A stretch of DNA of 64,000 bases, taken from positions 48,474 to 112,473 of the forward strand of contig PKTX01000008.1 of assembly GCA_002868945.1 (NCBI GenBank), read 5' to 3'. Position 1 is the stretch's first letter; each line of letters opens with the position of its first letter. Below are positions 37,239-46,964 of the stretch, piece by piece. A program made the translations under genes and the position numbers. The DNA is from Desulfobulbaceae bacterium (GTDB lineage Bacteria > Desulfobacterota > Desulfobulbia > Desulfobulbales > SURF-16). Below the pieces are notes generated by a model. That model saw only the letters and a list, made by a program, of their open reading frames with translations. It was not told the origin of the DNA and made no database searches.

Positions 37239-37955
37239 ATGCACCTGTTGGCAGGCAATGGTGGCTTTACGCTCGTTGAAGTCATGATTGCACTCTTGGT
37301 CGCCAGCTTGGTCTTGACCGGAGTGGTTTCGTCCTACATTGCCCAGCAGGAGGTCCAATCCCGCGAGGAGCAGATTGTCGGTATGCAGCAAAATCTGCGG
37401 GTAGGAATGAACCAGCTGCTCGAAGAGGTCCGGATGGCCGGTGCCAATCCCGGCCAGAATGCCCGCGACGTTTCCTGCAACAAGAACGGCAGCGGCGCTG
37501 TCGTCTCGCCACGTATCCATACGGCGACTGCCACGCAATTCGGGTTTTCCATGGATCTTGATGGCGATGGAGATTGCGACAGCGACGGTGAGAACGTGAC
37601 CTATCACCTCTATAACGACCCGGATGGAATTCCCACCCTTGGCCGGCAAACCCCGAGCAATAATGTCGGTAAAGCCGAATACATTGATGCCATTGGTTTT
37701 TATTACACCCTGGAAAACGGCAGTCAGGTTGCAGCACCATCCGCCTCGCAATTGCAGATGATCAGGGCTGTGGAGGTCAGTTTGCTGGCGCGGACAGAAT
37801 ATACCATCAAGGGATACAGAAATACCCATACGTATACATATGGTTCCGGAAATGCGTGGGATTTGAATGGCGGTTCGCCGGGCAATGCGCCTGATGACGG
37901 TTATCGGCGCCAGCTTTTTTCGGTTCAGGTGACATGTCGCAATATGGGCCTCTAG
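37239..37955 (+). CDS. pilW: Type IV minor pilin PilW
   Basis: Leader MHLLAGNGG/FTLVEVMIALLVASLVLTGV and a PilW-like region QNLRVGMNQLLEEVRMAG. A GTG at 37215 is an alternative start. Confidence 0.8.
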   Translation: MHLLAGNGGFTLVEVMIALLVASLVLTGVVSSYIAQQEVQSREEQIVGMQQNLRVGMNQLLEEVRMAGANPGQNARDVSCNKNGSGAVVSPRIHTATATQFGFSMDLDGDGDCDSDGENVTYHLYNDPDGIPTLGRQTPSNNVGKAEYIDAIGFYYTLENGSQVAAPSASQLQMIRAVEVSLLARTEYTIKGYRNTHTYTYGSGNAWDLNGGSPGNAPDDGYRRQLFSVQVTCRNMGL

Positions 37956-37966
37956 GAGGAAATGGA

Positions 37967-38377
37967 ATGATGCGAGGAGAACAGGGCTTTACCCTGATTG
38001 AGGTGATGGCGGCCCTGGCGGTGTTCGCCATCGGTATTCTTGCCGCTCAGGGGATGCAATATACTTCGATCATTACAAATTCTTCCGCCCTTACCATGAC
38101 TAGGGCGGCGGGACAGGGAGTTGATACGGTGGAGCGTTTACTTGAGCTTGACTACCATGACGCCCTCCTGACCGGAGGCACGTCAACACCGGTGTCCCAT
38201 GATGACAGCGAGTTTCCTGCCGTCTGGAAAAAAAATAAACACACCTCGGTCAACTGGGAGGTGAGGAATGATACCCCTCTGCCTAATATGAAAACGATCG
38301 ATATTGATATCATGACCCAGTCAAGGGGGATCACCAAAACCGTGTCGTATACCTATTATAAGGCGGAAATCATATAA
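37967..38377 (+). CDS. pilV: Type IV minor pilin PilV
   Basis: AGGAGGA SD. Leader is MMRGEQG/FTLIEVMAALAVFAIGILAAQGM, and size and N-terminus are typical of PilV. Confidence 0.8.
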   Translation: MMRGEQGFTLIEVMAALAVFAIGILAAQGMQYTSIITNSSALTMTRAAGQGVDTVERLLELDYHDALLTGGTSTPVSHDDSEFPAVWKKNKHTSVNWEVRNDTPLPNMKTIDIDIMTQSRGITKTVSYTYYKAEII

Positions 38378-38419
38378 GGACTGCGCTGCGTATCCACAGA
38401 CGATCCGAATGGGGAGCTT

Positions 38420-39016
38420 ATGGAAAGAAGATATTGTCCTATAGACGGGAATCGAGGATTCGCTTTGGTCATGGCTTTGATGATGCTTGTCGTTGTCTCC
38501 CTTCTCGGTGCCGTGGCCTTGCGTATCTCCAGCACGGAAATCCAGATTGCCGGCAATGATAAGCTGCAGAAGCAGACCTTCTATGAAGCGGACGGTGGTT
38601 CACAGGTAGGGGCTCGATTGGTTGAGGAAAATATCGCCTGCCCGCAAGGGTTTGCCAATGACGATATAACGGTTGGCAATAATAACGAAGTTCATGTTGC
38701 GGGGAAGCAGTTTGTCAATGAGGAAGATTTCAGCTTACAGGTTGATGACAGCAACCGGCACGCCTATCTGCCACCTACCTATGGAGCTGGTGATCCCCAT
38801 ACCAATCTGGCCTTTGCCAGTCAGGTAGGGCTGACGGCAGGGAGTGGCGCTCAGAGCATGGCCGGTTATGAAGGACGCGGTCGCGGCGCGGCCGCCGGCG
38901 GCAGTCATGTCTCCACTGATATCTGGTCGCAACGTGTCGGCCTGCAGGATAGTATGTCACAGATTCATAGTCAGTGGCTGCATGTGATCGGTGTCGAAGG
39001 TGACTGTAACTACTAA
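38420..39016 (+). CDS. pilX: Type IV minor pilin PilX (PilX N-terminal domain)
   Basis: N-terminus is GFALVMALMMLVVVSLLGAVALRISSTEIQIAGN, which lacks Glu5 as is usual for PilX-type proteins. Confidence 0.75.
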   Translation: MERRYCPIDGNRGFALVMALMMLVVVSLLGAVALRISSTEIQIAGNDKLQKQTFYEADGGSQVGARLVEENIACPQGFANDDITVGNNNEVHVAGKQFVNEEDFSLQVDDSNRHAYLPPTYGAGDPHTNLAFASQVGLTAGSGAQSMAGYEGRGRGAAAGGSHVSTDIWSQRVGLQDSMSQIHSQWLHVIGVEGDCNY

Positions 39017-39084
39017 CACGTTGTATGTTCAGCGAATATAGCTGGCAAGGGTGTTTGGTGTGTTTGCCTGACAAGGAGAAGGAT

Positions 39085-42000
39085 ATGGTTTTTTTGGCGG
39101 TGACCTTTCGAAATTATTATGCTGTAACATCGCAGGTGGTGTTGGCGGTATTCTGCCTCTCTTGTCTTCCTGCAGATGTCCTGGCCGAGGTGACGGCGCA
39201 TGCTAATGTTGATTTTGCCGCCAATCCCGTTAATCTGGTACAGGGGGCCAATGTGCCGCCGCAGGTGATGATTAACCTCTCCAATGATCATCAGCTCTTC
39301 TTCAAGGCCTTTGACGACTTTTCCGATCTTGACGGTGACGGAGTTCCTGAGACCACCTATAAGCATTCCGTCGATTATTACGGCTATTTTGACAGCTATA
39401 AGTGCTACGAGTACGACATCTCGGATGAGCGCTTTGAGCCCCGGGCTGAAACCTCCGATAAATATTGTACCGGTACCAATGATGGCTACTGGAGTGGTAA
39501 TTTCCTCAACTGGGCCGCCATGGCCCGCATCGATGCGGTCCGTAAACTTCTCTATGGCGGCCATCGTCGAGTTGATACCGCCACGGAAACCGTTTTGGAA
39601 CGGGCCCATCTCCCCACGGATACTCATAGTTGGGTAAAATATTATGAGGGGGCAGATCTCCAAAGTCTCACTCCTTTTGTACGAGGTGTCGACTATGATT
39701 GCGACCAAGGCGACATTACCGCTGCCTGTGCTGCCGATGAACGTTTGATGGGTATTACTATCGGTAATACCACTGATTTTACCAGTAGCAGTGAGGCCCT
39801 GTCTCAGGATGTCACGGATCCTCCCTTAATTAAGGTGGTGAAGGGCAATTATTCACTGTGGGCTGCCAGTGAACGATGGCAGGTGACATGGCGACCGGGC
39901 GGCACCGAGAGTTCTCCCAATGTTGAACAAAATGGCGCAAACGGCAATGTGCCGGCAAATTCGGGCATTAACGCCTATGCCAACTCACCTTATTGGGACG
40001 ACCGGGTGGGGGAGGGTAATTATATTGCCCGGGTGCAGGCCTGTGTGCCGGGGCTGGTGGGCAAGGAGAAGTGCAAGCAGTACCCTGCTGGCAATCTCAA
40101 GCCCATCGGACTTTTGCAGGTATATGGTGATAATGATCAGATGTTATTCGGAATGATTGCTGGATCTTACAAAAAACATACCAATGGTGGCGTGTTAATT
40201 AGAAACATGACCAGCCTTGCTGATGAGGTCAATATTAATACTGATGGTACCTTTCCCATGGTCGCTCAATTTGCTGGAGGACCGTCTACAAACAACACCG
40301 CCGATGGTATGATCAATGCTTTAAGCCTCTTTCGCATAATTGATTATAGAACGACTGATGGCTTACACGACAACTGCGGATGGGATTTGCGTACTTTTGC
40401 CGATTTGACTGCGCCAAATCAATGCCGCAGCTGGGGGAACCCTTTTTCTGAGATCTATTACCAGGCCATTAATTATTTTTCAAAAGGAGGAGTTATTGGC
40501 ATTTACAATGACAATAACTCAGCAAATATTATCCCTGGACTGCCACAACCCCAGGCTTACAGTGATCCCCTGAATGCAGCCAGTTGGTGTGCCCCTCTCT
40601 TTGTGGTGAATTTCAATTCCAGCACAACCTCTTTTGATGCAGATGAGGTCGATCCTTCAGGGAATGAGGTATATAAGATCTGGGATCCGGCAGATTTGCC
40701 AAATGGTACATCAACAACCAGTGCCGATCTGACAGATGTCATTGGTGCTGGAGAAGGCCTACATGGCAACGATTTCTTCTTTGGTTATACTGACGTTGAT
40801 AACAGCACCGGAGATGGGGTGTGTACGGCCAAGAGCATGGCATCTTTTGGCGATATTGGCGGGGTCTGTCCGGAGGGAGGAAGACTGTGGGGTTCCTATC
40901 GTATTGCCGGCCTGGCCTATTATGCCCATATAGCTGATTTAAGGCCCGACAGCGACAATTCTCGAGATTTACCGGGCATGCAGAATGTTGACACCTATGC
41001 TCTGGCCATGGCTACCTCGACGCCGACCATTGAGATCATGCATCCCACTAATCCCTCAAGCAAAGCGGTGACCCTCATTCCGGCCTGTCGTGACCAACGT
41101 GACACCCCCCATGGCAATTGCAGTCTGGCCGGCTTCAAGATTGTTTCTCAGAATTCCGATGCCGCCACCGGTATCGGTACTGGCAAGCTCTTCGTATCAT
41201 GGGAGGTCGGCTCTGCCGGCGGTGACTATGACCAGGATATGTGGGGCACCATTGAATATACCATTAATGACAACACCAATACCTTCAGTGTGACCACTCA
41301 GGTTTTTGCTCAATCCTCCGGCGGTCATATGGCTCTTGCCTATATTCTGGAGGGAACAACCGATGATGGTTTTCATGCCCACTCAGGCATTAACGGTTTT
41401 GACTGGACCGATACTTCCGACATTGGTAGCGACTGCTCGGATGCGGACGGTTGCTATCTTGGTGATGGTGCCTCGACCAAGACATATACTTTGGGAACCA
41501 GTAGCGCCTCCCAGCTTAAGGATCCCCTCTGGTATGCCTCCAAGTGGGGCGCTTTTGTCGACAGCAACAGTAATAATATTCCTGATCTCGTTTCCGAGTG
41601 GGACCGGGAGATCAATGCCACCGGCCAGGATGGTTCAGACGGCATTCCGGACAGCTATTTTTATGCAAGCAATCCCAACGAACTTGAGGCCTCTTTGTCC
41701 CGGGTGTTCAATGAAATTCTGCAGCGTGTCTCCTCAGGTACGGCGGCTGCGGTTGTTTCCAACAACGTCCGTGGGGAAGGTCTTCTTTATCAGGCCTTTT
41801 ATGAACCGGCCGCCCTGGATGATGAGGGGGCTGAGGCAACCTGGATCGGCAATGTCCGCGCCCTCTGGTTGGATCGGTATGGCTTTCTGCGGGAGGACGA
41901 CAACGGCAATCGACAGATGGATGACTATCAGACCGACTTGGTCATTGAAAGCTATTATGATGATATAGAGGCCAGAACCAGAGTGCGGCGCTGGAGCAGT

Positions 42001-44439
42001 AGTGATCCGGAGACCTTCATTCCCAATACCAATACCATTGTTGAGCTGGACGAGGTGGCGGCTGTCTGGAGTGCTGACCTGCCCCTCTCCAACCTGATTG
42101 CCAATGGTGTTTCCATCACCAGCCAGCGTTTGTATGCAAGCACATTCCAAAATAACGGCCGTTATATTTTTACCTGGATGGATGACGATGGTGACGATGC
42201 TGTAGGTGTCGGCGAAACGAAGGATTTCGTCGCCTCAACGTTTAGTGCCGATTACGGCTATCTTAATGTTGCCGATGCCGGCGTTGCCGCGAACGTGGCC
42301 AATTATATTCGTGGCCTGGAGCAGAGCGGTTTGCGCAATCGCACCATTGATCACGACAACGATAACGCAACCGCCGAGATCTCTTTGATCCTTGGTGATA
42401 TCATTAACTCCACTCCCACCGTGGTGGGTGCGCCGCAAGAGTCTCTCAATCTTCTCTACAAGGACAGTAGCTACGCCGAATTTTTGGTGCAGTATAAGAA
42501 TCGACGCACCGTGGTTTACGCCGGCGCCAATGACGGCATGTTGCATGCATTTAACGGCGGTTTTGTCAGCTCCAACAATCAGGTCAGTCTCAATGGTCAG
42601 ACCATAAGTGGCGCCGCCGCCACCCCTCATGAACTTGGTGCCGAGTTGTGGGCCTATGTGCCGCAGAACCTCTTGCCTCACCTTAAGTGGCTCACTTCCG
42701 GTGACTATCAGCATGTCTTTTATGTGGATGGCAAACCCCGGGTGGCTGATGTCAAGATCTTCCCTGACGACGCCACCCACCCCAATGGTTGGGGCACGGT
42801 GTTGGTGGTCGGTATGCGTTTGGGTGGGATCCCTATTAGCGTTGATACCGCCGCTGACGGCTTGGCCGGCAACGATGGTGATGGAGACACCTCAGATGAC
42901 CGAACGTTCAGCTCGGCCTACTCTATCTTTGATATTACCAACCCGGAAGACCCGCCTGTACTGCTTGCGGAAATTTCACTGCCTGATAATTCCCTGACCA
43001 CGGTTTATCCCACCTTCTTCAAAGAGAAGGATATTGATCCCGCATCCGACCCCAACCAGTGGTTCTTGATTTTCGGCTCCGGACCGGACAATCACGTTAG
43101 TGCCGAGAGCAGCAGTACAGCCAAAGTCTATGTACTCAACCTCTTGGAATTGACCATGCCGATCTCATCCATACTGAATGCGACAACCGTAAAGTTCGGT
43201 GACCTTGATGGGGTGCAAGACTGTACCATTGACACCTCCACCGGCTATACTCTGCTCGCCTGCGATACCGGAAAGCCCAATAGCTTCATGGGGGATCCGG
43301 TGGCGGTGGACTGGCAACTTGATTACCGCGATGATGCTATCTATTTCGGTACTGTCGGTGATGAGAACTCCACCTCCGGCACTCTTTATCGCTTTGCTTT
43401 AGACGGCCGGGAGGACTCCGCCCACTGGCGTGAACCTTTTCCTCTTTTTGACGCCGGTTTGCCCATCAGTGCTGGGCCTACCGTCTCGGTGGACGATCAG
43501 GGCAAGCACTGGGTTTTCTTCGGGACAGGGCGCCTTTGGTCCCAGGGAGATTTGGCCGCCACCGAGTCCCAGGCCCTCTTTGGGATGAAGGACGCTTACG
43601 ACCCTGCAGAAACCAGTACGTATGGGGTTGGCAGCCAGCTTGATGGCCTTGACCTTTATGACGCTACCAATATTAACATCATCAATTTCATGCGCGGTGA
43701 TGTGACGGTTTTTGATGGTAGCGACGATACCACCACCATGCGGGTCACATGGCTTCAGGGTAATGTGGGGGCTGGACCGTATCAGGACTGGCAGGTGGAC
43801 AACTTCACCAGTGGAGGCTCTGGAATAAGTAACACCGCCAACACCCTCGGAGCAGTCAACACATTGAGGAGCTTTCAGGTTGAGCCACCTTCGGTGGCCA
43901 ATGTTGTCGGGGATGATATCTTGACCTGGACCACCGGAGGCGAGATTATCAATGGTCCGGGAAGCATGACGACCTTCAACCAACTTGAAGCTGCCATTGA
44001 TAGTGATTCTTGGGCTGGCTGGGTCGTTGATCTGGTCCCTATTCATGGAACGGTCGGGGTTGATCCCGCCACCCGGGCCACCACGCAGTCATCTCTGGTG
44101 GGGGGGACCTTGTTCACCTCGGTCTATCAGCCCAGCACGGAACCTTGTGATGCCGAAGGTTTCAGTCGCCTTTATGGACTCTATTACAAAACAGGGACCG
44201 CCCATCCCCGCCGGATGGTATTTGGCTTGCAGTATGACCTGGTCAATAATGCCTTTACCGAGACCTCGGTTGATTTGGGACGCGGTTTTGCCACCGCCCC
44301 TGCGGTACATTCGGGCAGCGGTGCGGGCAGCACCTCCGTTTCAGTCTTTACCCAGTTGTCCACCGGTACCATTGAAAGGGACGAGGCGGAGCTGGTCGAC
44401 AGTGTGCGGAGCGGCTGGATATCCTGGCGCAGCAGGTAG
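39085..44439 (+). CDS. pilY1: PilY1-like type IV pilus tip adhesin / biogenesis factor (1784 aa)
   Basis: AAGGAGAAGG SD and a signal peptide. The N-terminal pattern is DLDGDGVPETTY..YYGYFDSYKCYEYD. The hallmark VVYAGANDGMLHAFNGGF is followed by a C-terminal propeller region with DWQLDYRDDAIYFGT..GTLYRFAL. Confidence 0.88.
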   Translation: MVFLAVTFRNYYAVTSQVVLAVFCLSCLPADVLAEVTAHANVDFAANPVNLVQGANVPPQVMINLSNDHQLFFKAFDDFSDLDGDGVPETTYKHSVDYYGYFDSYKCYEYDISDERFEPRAETSDKYCTGTNDGYWSGNFLNWAAMARIDAVRKLLYGGHRRVDTATETVLERAHLPTDTHSWVKYYEGADLQSLTPFVRGVDYDCDQGDITAACAADERLMGITIGNTTDFTSSSEALSQDVTDPPLIKVVKGNYSLWAASERWQVTWRPGGTESSPNVEQNGANGNVPANSGINAYANSPYWDDRVGEGNYIARVQACVPGLVGKEKCKQYPAGNLKPIGLLQVYGDNDQMLFGMIAGSYKKHTNGGVLIRNMTSLADEVNINTDGTFPMVAQFAGGPSTNNTADGMINALSLFRIIDYRTTDGLHDNCGWDLRTFADLTAPNQCRSWGNPFSEIYYQAINYFSKGGVIGIYNDNNSANIIPGLPQPQAYSDPLNAASWCAPLFVVNFNSSTTSFDADEVDPSGNEVYKIWDPADLPNGTSTTSADLTDVIGAGEGLHGNDFFFGYTDVDNSTGDGVCTAKSMASFGDIGGVCPEGGRLWGSYRIAGLAYYAHIADLRPDSDNSRDLPGMQNVDTYALAMATSTPTIEIMHPTNPSSKAVTLIPACRDQRDTPHGNCSLAGFKIVSQNSDAATGIGTGKLFVSWEVGSAGGDYDQDMWGTIEYTINDNTNTFSVTTQVFAQSSGGHMALAYILEGTTDDGFHAHSGINGFDWTDTSDIGSDCSDADGCYLGDGASTKTYTLGTSSASQLKDPLWYASKWGAFVDSNSNNIPDLVSEWDREINATGQDGSDGIPDSYFYASNPNELEASLSRVFNEILQRVSSGTAAAVVSNNVRGEGLLYQAFYEPAALDDEGAEATWIGNVRALWLDRYGFLREDDNGNRQMDDYQTDLVIESYYDDIEARTRVRRWSSSDPETFIPNTNTIVELDEVAAVWSADLPLSNLIANGVSITSQRLYASTFQNNGRYIFTWMDDDGDDAVGVGETKDFVASTFSADYGYLNVADAGVAANVANYIRGLEQSGLRNRTIDHDNDNATAEISLILGDIINSTPTVVGAPQESLNLLYKDSSYAEFLVQYKNRRTVVYAGANDGMLHAFNGGFVSSNNQVSLNGQTISGAAATPHELGAELWAYVPQNLLPHLKWLTSGDYQHVFYVDGKPRVADVKIFPDDATHPNGWGTVLVVGMRLGGIPISVDTAADGLAGNDGDGDTSDDRTFSSAYSIFDITNPEDPPVLLAEISLPDNSLTTVYPTFFKEKDIDPASDPNQWFLIFGSGPDNHVSAESSSTAKVYVLNLLELTMPISSILNATTVKFGDLDGVQDCTIDTSTGYTLLACDTGKPNSFMGDPVAVDWQLDYRDDAIYFGTVGDENSTSGTLYRFALDGREDSAHWREPFPLFDAGLPISAGPTVSVDDQGKHWVFFGTGRLWSQGDLAATESQALFGMKDAYDPAETSTYGVGSQLDGLDLYDATNINIINFMRGDVTVFDGSDDTTTMRVTWLQGNVGAGPYQDWQVDNFTSGGSGISNTANTLGAVNTLRSFQVEPPSVANVVGDDILTWTTGGEIINGPGSMTTFNQLEAAIDSDSWAGWVVDLVPIHGTVGVDPATRATTQSSLVGGTLFTSVYQPSTEPCDAEGFSRLYGLYYKTGTAHPRRMVFGLQYDLVNNAFTETSVDLGRGFATAPAVHSGSGAGSTSVSVFTQLSTGTIERDEAELVDSVRSGWISWRSR

Positions 44440-44568
44440 GTCGGCTGGCAAGTATCCAGGCGGGCATTGTCCTGTAAACAATCAAGTGCTCTATGGCATA
44501 GCTGTTGGTATGTGCCGGACCCGGTGCTCGCCGTCTGTGCACAGCAGCTTGCTTGTGCGTGGTATGGG

Positions 44569-46152
44569 TTAGAGCCCTAACACAAGGAGATTGAGTAGGC
44601 CGATTAGAAAGCCGAGTAGGGCGCCGAAGAGATTGATGTACTTGAATTGTTCCTGCATGATCGACATGAGCAACCCTTCCAGGCGCAGGAGGTCCAGGTT
44701 GTCTACTTTGCGGGTTACCACCTCCTTGATGTTAAGGAGTTCCACCAGGTCCGGGACCTCGCGCACCAGCAGGTCGCTGATCTGGGCCCGGCTGTATTCG
44801 CCGATGCTTTGTTGCACCTCGGGGGAGAGCAGGTCGGCCAGTCTACCGATGGGGTGGCCCAGCAGTCTTTTTTCCACGTGTTCGATGATCAGGCCGTCAA
44901 TCATCTTTTTCACTCGGGCCGAGCGCATGGTGGAAATTACCTTGTCAGCCAGCCACTCCTTACCGGCGCCTAGCCGTTCCGGCCCGAAGGTGTCGGTGAA
45001 CATCTCCTCAATGGTGCGTTCGTCCTGACCGGCCAGGGCCTCCTTGAGCAGCAGGGAGAGGCTTGCCGCCGTCTTGGGGTGCTGGAGCAGGGTGACCATC
45101 TGGGTGAGGAGGTCGTCGACGATCTGCTCCTTCTTCTCATCACTCACCTCGGCCAGCAGCCGGGAAAAGGGCGTGTCCAGAAATTCCCTGACCTTGTCGG
45201 TCAAGATGACGGAAACCCGTTCCTGCATAGTGTCGTTGGCCAACCACTGGCTGATCTCATCGCCCTTGTCGGTGAGGAAAGAGCTCACCTTCTCCTGGAT
45301 GAGCTCCGGACTCAGAAAACCGCCGACCATGGCGGCCAGCGGCCCCAGAGAGGCGGTAAAGTTGTTGATGGCGCTACAGATGGATGCGGCAATGCGCTCC
45401 TGCAGCTCCGGTTCCTGGACCACCTGGGCCAGGCGGTTCAAAATGGCGGGGGCCTCTTCCTGCAGACGCGTGCAGATGTAATCAACCACCTCATCGGGGA
45501 TGAGGTCGGCCGGTGCCTTGTCCTCTCTGATAAAGTCGTTGACCTTGCCGGCCACCAGTTCGCGCAGCCATGCCTCCAGGCGTGGATGGCTGAGCATGGT
45601 GGCGGCGGTCTGCTCCAGAAAGGTGTAGAAATGACTCCTGCTCTCCTCCGGAAAGGCCGTGCGCAGGGGCGACTTGAGAAACTCGTCCACCCGATCCTGC
45701 AGGGTGGTGGACAGGGTGGCGCTGAACTGGTCACTCTCAATGTAGTGATGGAGCTGGTCGATGAAGCGCCAGCGCAACACCTTGACCGTGGCCAGAAAAT
45801 AGGAGGAAAAACGTTGCGGAATTATCTCGGTGATGGGGCCCAGATCCTTCTGCAGAACAGTGTCCAGGCGGCTGTTGACCAGTTCGGCCAGATCCTTCTG
45901 GAAGCCGGGGCTGGCAATGGCCCTGGCGATATCGTCGGAGGTGAGCAGGTGGGAACCCACCATGTCGCCGATATTGCAGGCCAGATCATGGCGCTTGGCC
46001 GGAATGACCCCCGGTGTCATGGGGATGCGGATGCCGAGAATTTTCCAGGGTTTAAGGGGCCTGAAAAGCATTTTGATGGCCACATAGTTGGTCATGTAAC
46101 CGATAAAGGCACCCAGGGCGGGAGGGGCGAGATATATAAGTGGTGAGGGCAT
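44569..46152 (-). CDS. DUF445-family membrane-associated protein
   Basis: 527 aa. N-terminus is GAFIGYMTNYVAIKMLFRP...IPMTPGVIPAKR and the C-terminal hydrophobic helix is YINLFGALLGFLIGLLNL, both typical of DUF445. Confidence 0.75.
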   Translation of the reverse strand: MPSPLIYLAPPALGAFIGYMTNYVAIKMLFRPLKPWKILGIRIPMTPGVIPAKRHDLACNIGDMVGSHLLTSDDIARAIASPGFQKDLAELVNSRLDTVLQKDLGPITEIIPQRFSSYFLATVKVLRWRFIDQLHHYIESDQFSATLSTTLQDRVDEFLKSPLRTAFPEESRSHFYTFLEQTAATMLSHPRLEAWLRELVAGKVNDFIREDKAPADLIPDEVVDYICTRLQEEAPAILNRLAQVVQEPELQERIAASICSAINNFTASLGPLAAMVGGFLSPELIQEKVSSFLTDKGDEISQWLANDTMQERVSVILTDKVREFLDTPFSRLLAEVSDEKKEQIVDDLLTQMVTLLQHPKTAASLSLLLKEALAGQDERTIEEMFTDTFGPERLGAGKEWLADKVISTMRSARVKKMIDGLIIEHVEKRLLGHPIGRLADLLSPEVQQSIGEYSRAQISDLLVREVPDLVELLNIKEVVTRKVDNLDLLRLEGLLMSIMQEQFKYINLFGALLGFLIGLLNLLVLGL

Positions 46153-46272
46153 ATTTTATACCTGGACAGACACTATTTTGTTGCTATTGAGTTGATTAAT
46201 AGTGGTGTGGCGAAGTTTTTTCAGCGGGATGCAATTCAGGGGCTGGAATCACAGAAGTGAGAATGACGGCTT

Positions 46273-46309
46273 TTTAAGCTTGTTCTCTTTCCTGACTTCT
46301 AAATTCTTC
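46273..46309 (-). repeat. Dispersed heptamer/AAGCTT upstream element, copy 4
   Basis: Plus strand reads TTTAAGCTTGTTCTCTTTCC TGACTTC TAAATTC TTC. The purine-rich strand is sense to the DUF445 gene, about 121 nt upstream of its start. Confidence 0.7.
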
Positions 46310-46340
46310 TTGAATGTCGAATAGTTATCTCAAGTAATTT

Positions 46341-46943
46341 TCACCTTCTCTTTTGCATCCGGCAGATCCAGTTCATGGCTGGTGTCCCTTCATGGGCAAA
46401 GTCAAAGTGGTGGGCGGTCAGCGAGATGATCCGGAAAAAGGGCTCCACGGCCGCGCATATCTCTCCGGCGGAGAGCTTGGGCGGACCCGGTCCCTCTCTG
46501 GTCTCGTCGTTGTTGCCGATCAGCGACAGCCAGGTGCCTTTGGCCACCAGGGCGTGCGCCACCTGTTCGGCAAAGCGCAGACGTAGCCGGGGAGTGCGCA
46601 TGTGGTGGAAGCAGCCCCGGTCAAAGGCAAAATCAAAGGAGTCCGCCTCAATATCTTCCAACAGGAAGTCCCTGTTGATGAAGGTGCATTGGCTGCCGGC
46701 CTTGGCTGCCTTTTGGTGCGCCGTGTCAATGGCCAGGGGGGAGAGGTCGTAGCCGGTGCCGGTAAAGCCCTGTCCGGCCAGCCAGATCAGATTGCTGCCG
46801 GTGCCGCAGCCGATATCAAGGACACGGCAGGGTGGCAGCTGGCTGTCGTCTATGAAGTCAATGAGACTCTGGTCCGGCCGGTTGATCTCCCAGGGGGTGT
46901 CGCCGCTTTGGTACCGTTTGTCAAAGTCGATGTCTGCTGGCAT
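46341..46943 (-). CDS. SAM-dependent methyltransferase (TPMT/TehB-like)
   Basis: Motifs are YQSGDTPWEI and SAM motif I VLDIGCGTGSNLIWLA. It lies 21 nt downstream of the pheA/tyrA fusion gene. Confidence 0.8.
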   Translation of the reverse strand: MPADIDFDKRYQSGDTPWEINRPDQSLIDFIDDSQLPPCRVLDIGCGTGSNLIWLAGQGFTGTGYDLSPLAIDTAHQKAAKAGSQCTFINRDFLLEDIEADSFDFAFDRGCFHHMRTPRLRLRFAEQVAHALVAKGTWLSLIGNNDETREGPGPPKLSAGEICAAVEPFFRIISLTAHHFDFAHEGTPAMNWICRMQKRR

Positions 46944-46964
46944 GGCTGTCTGTTACTTTTTTTT

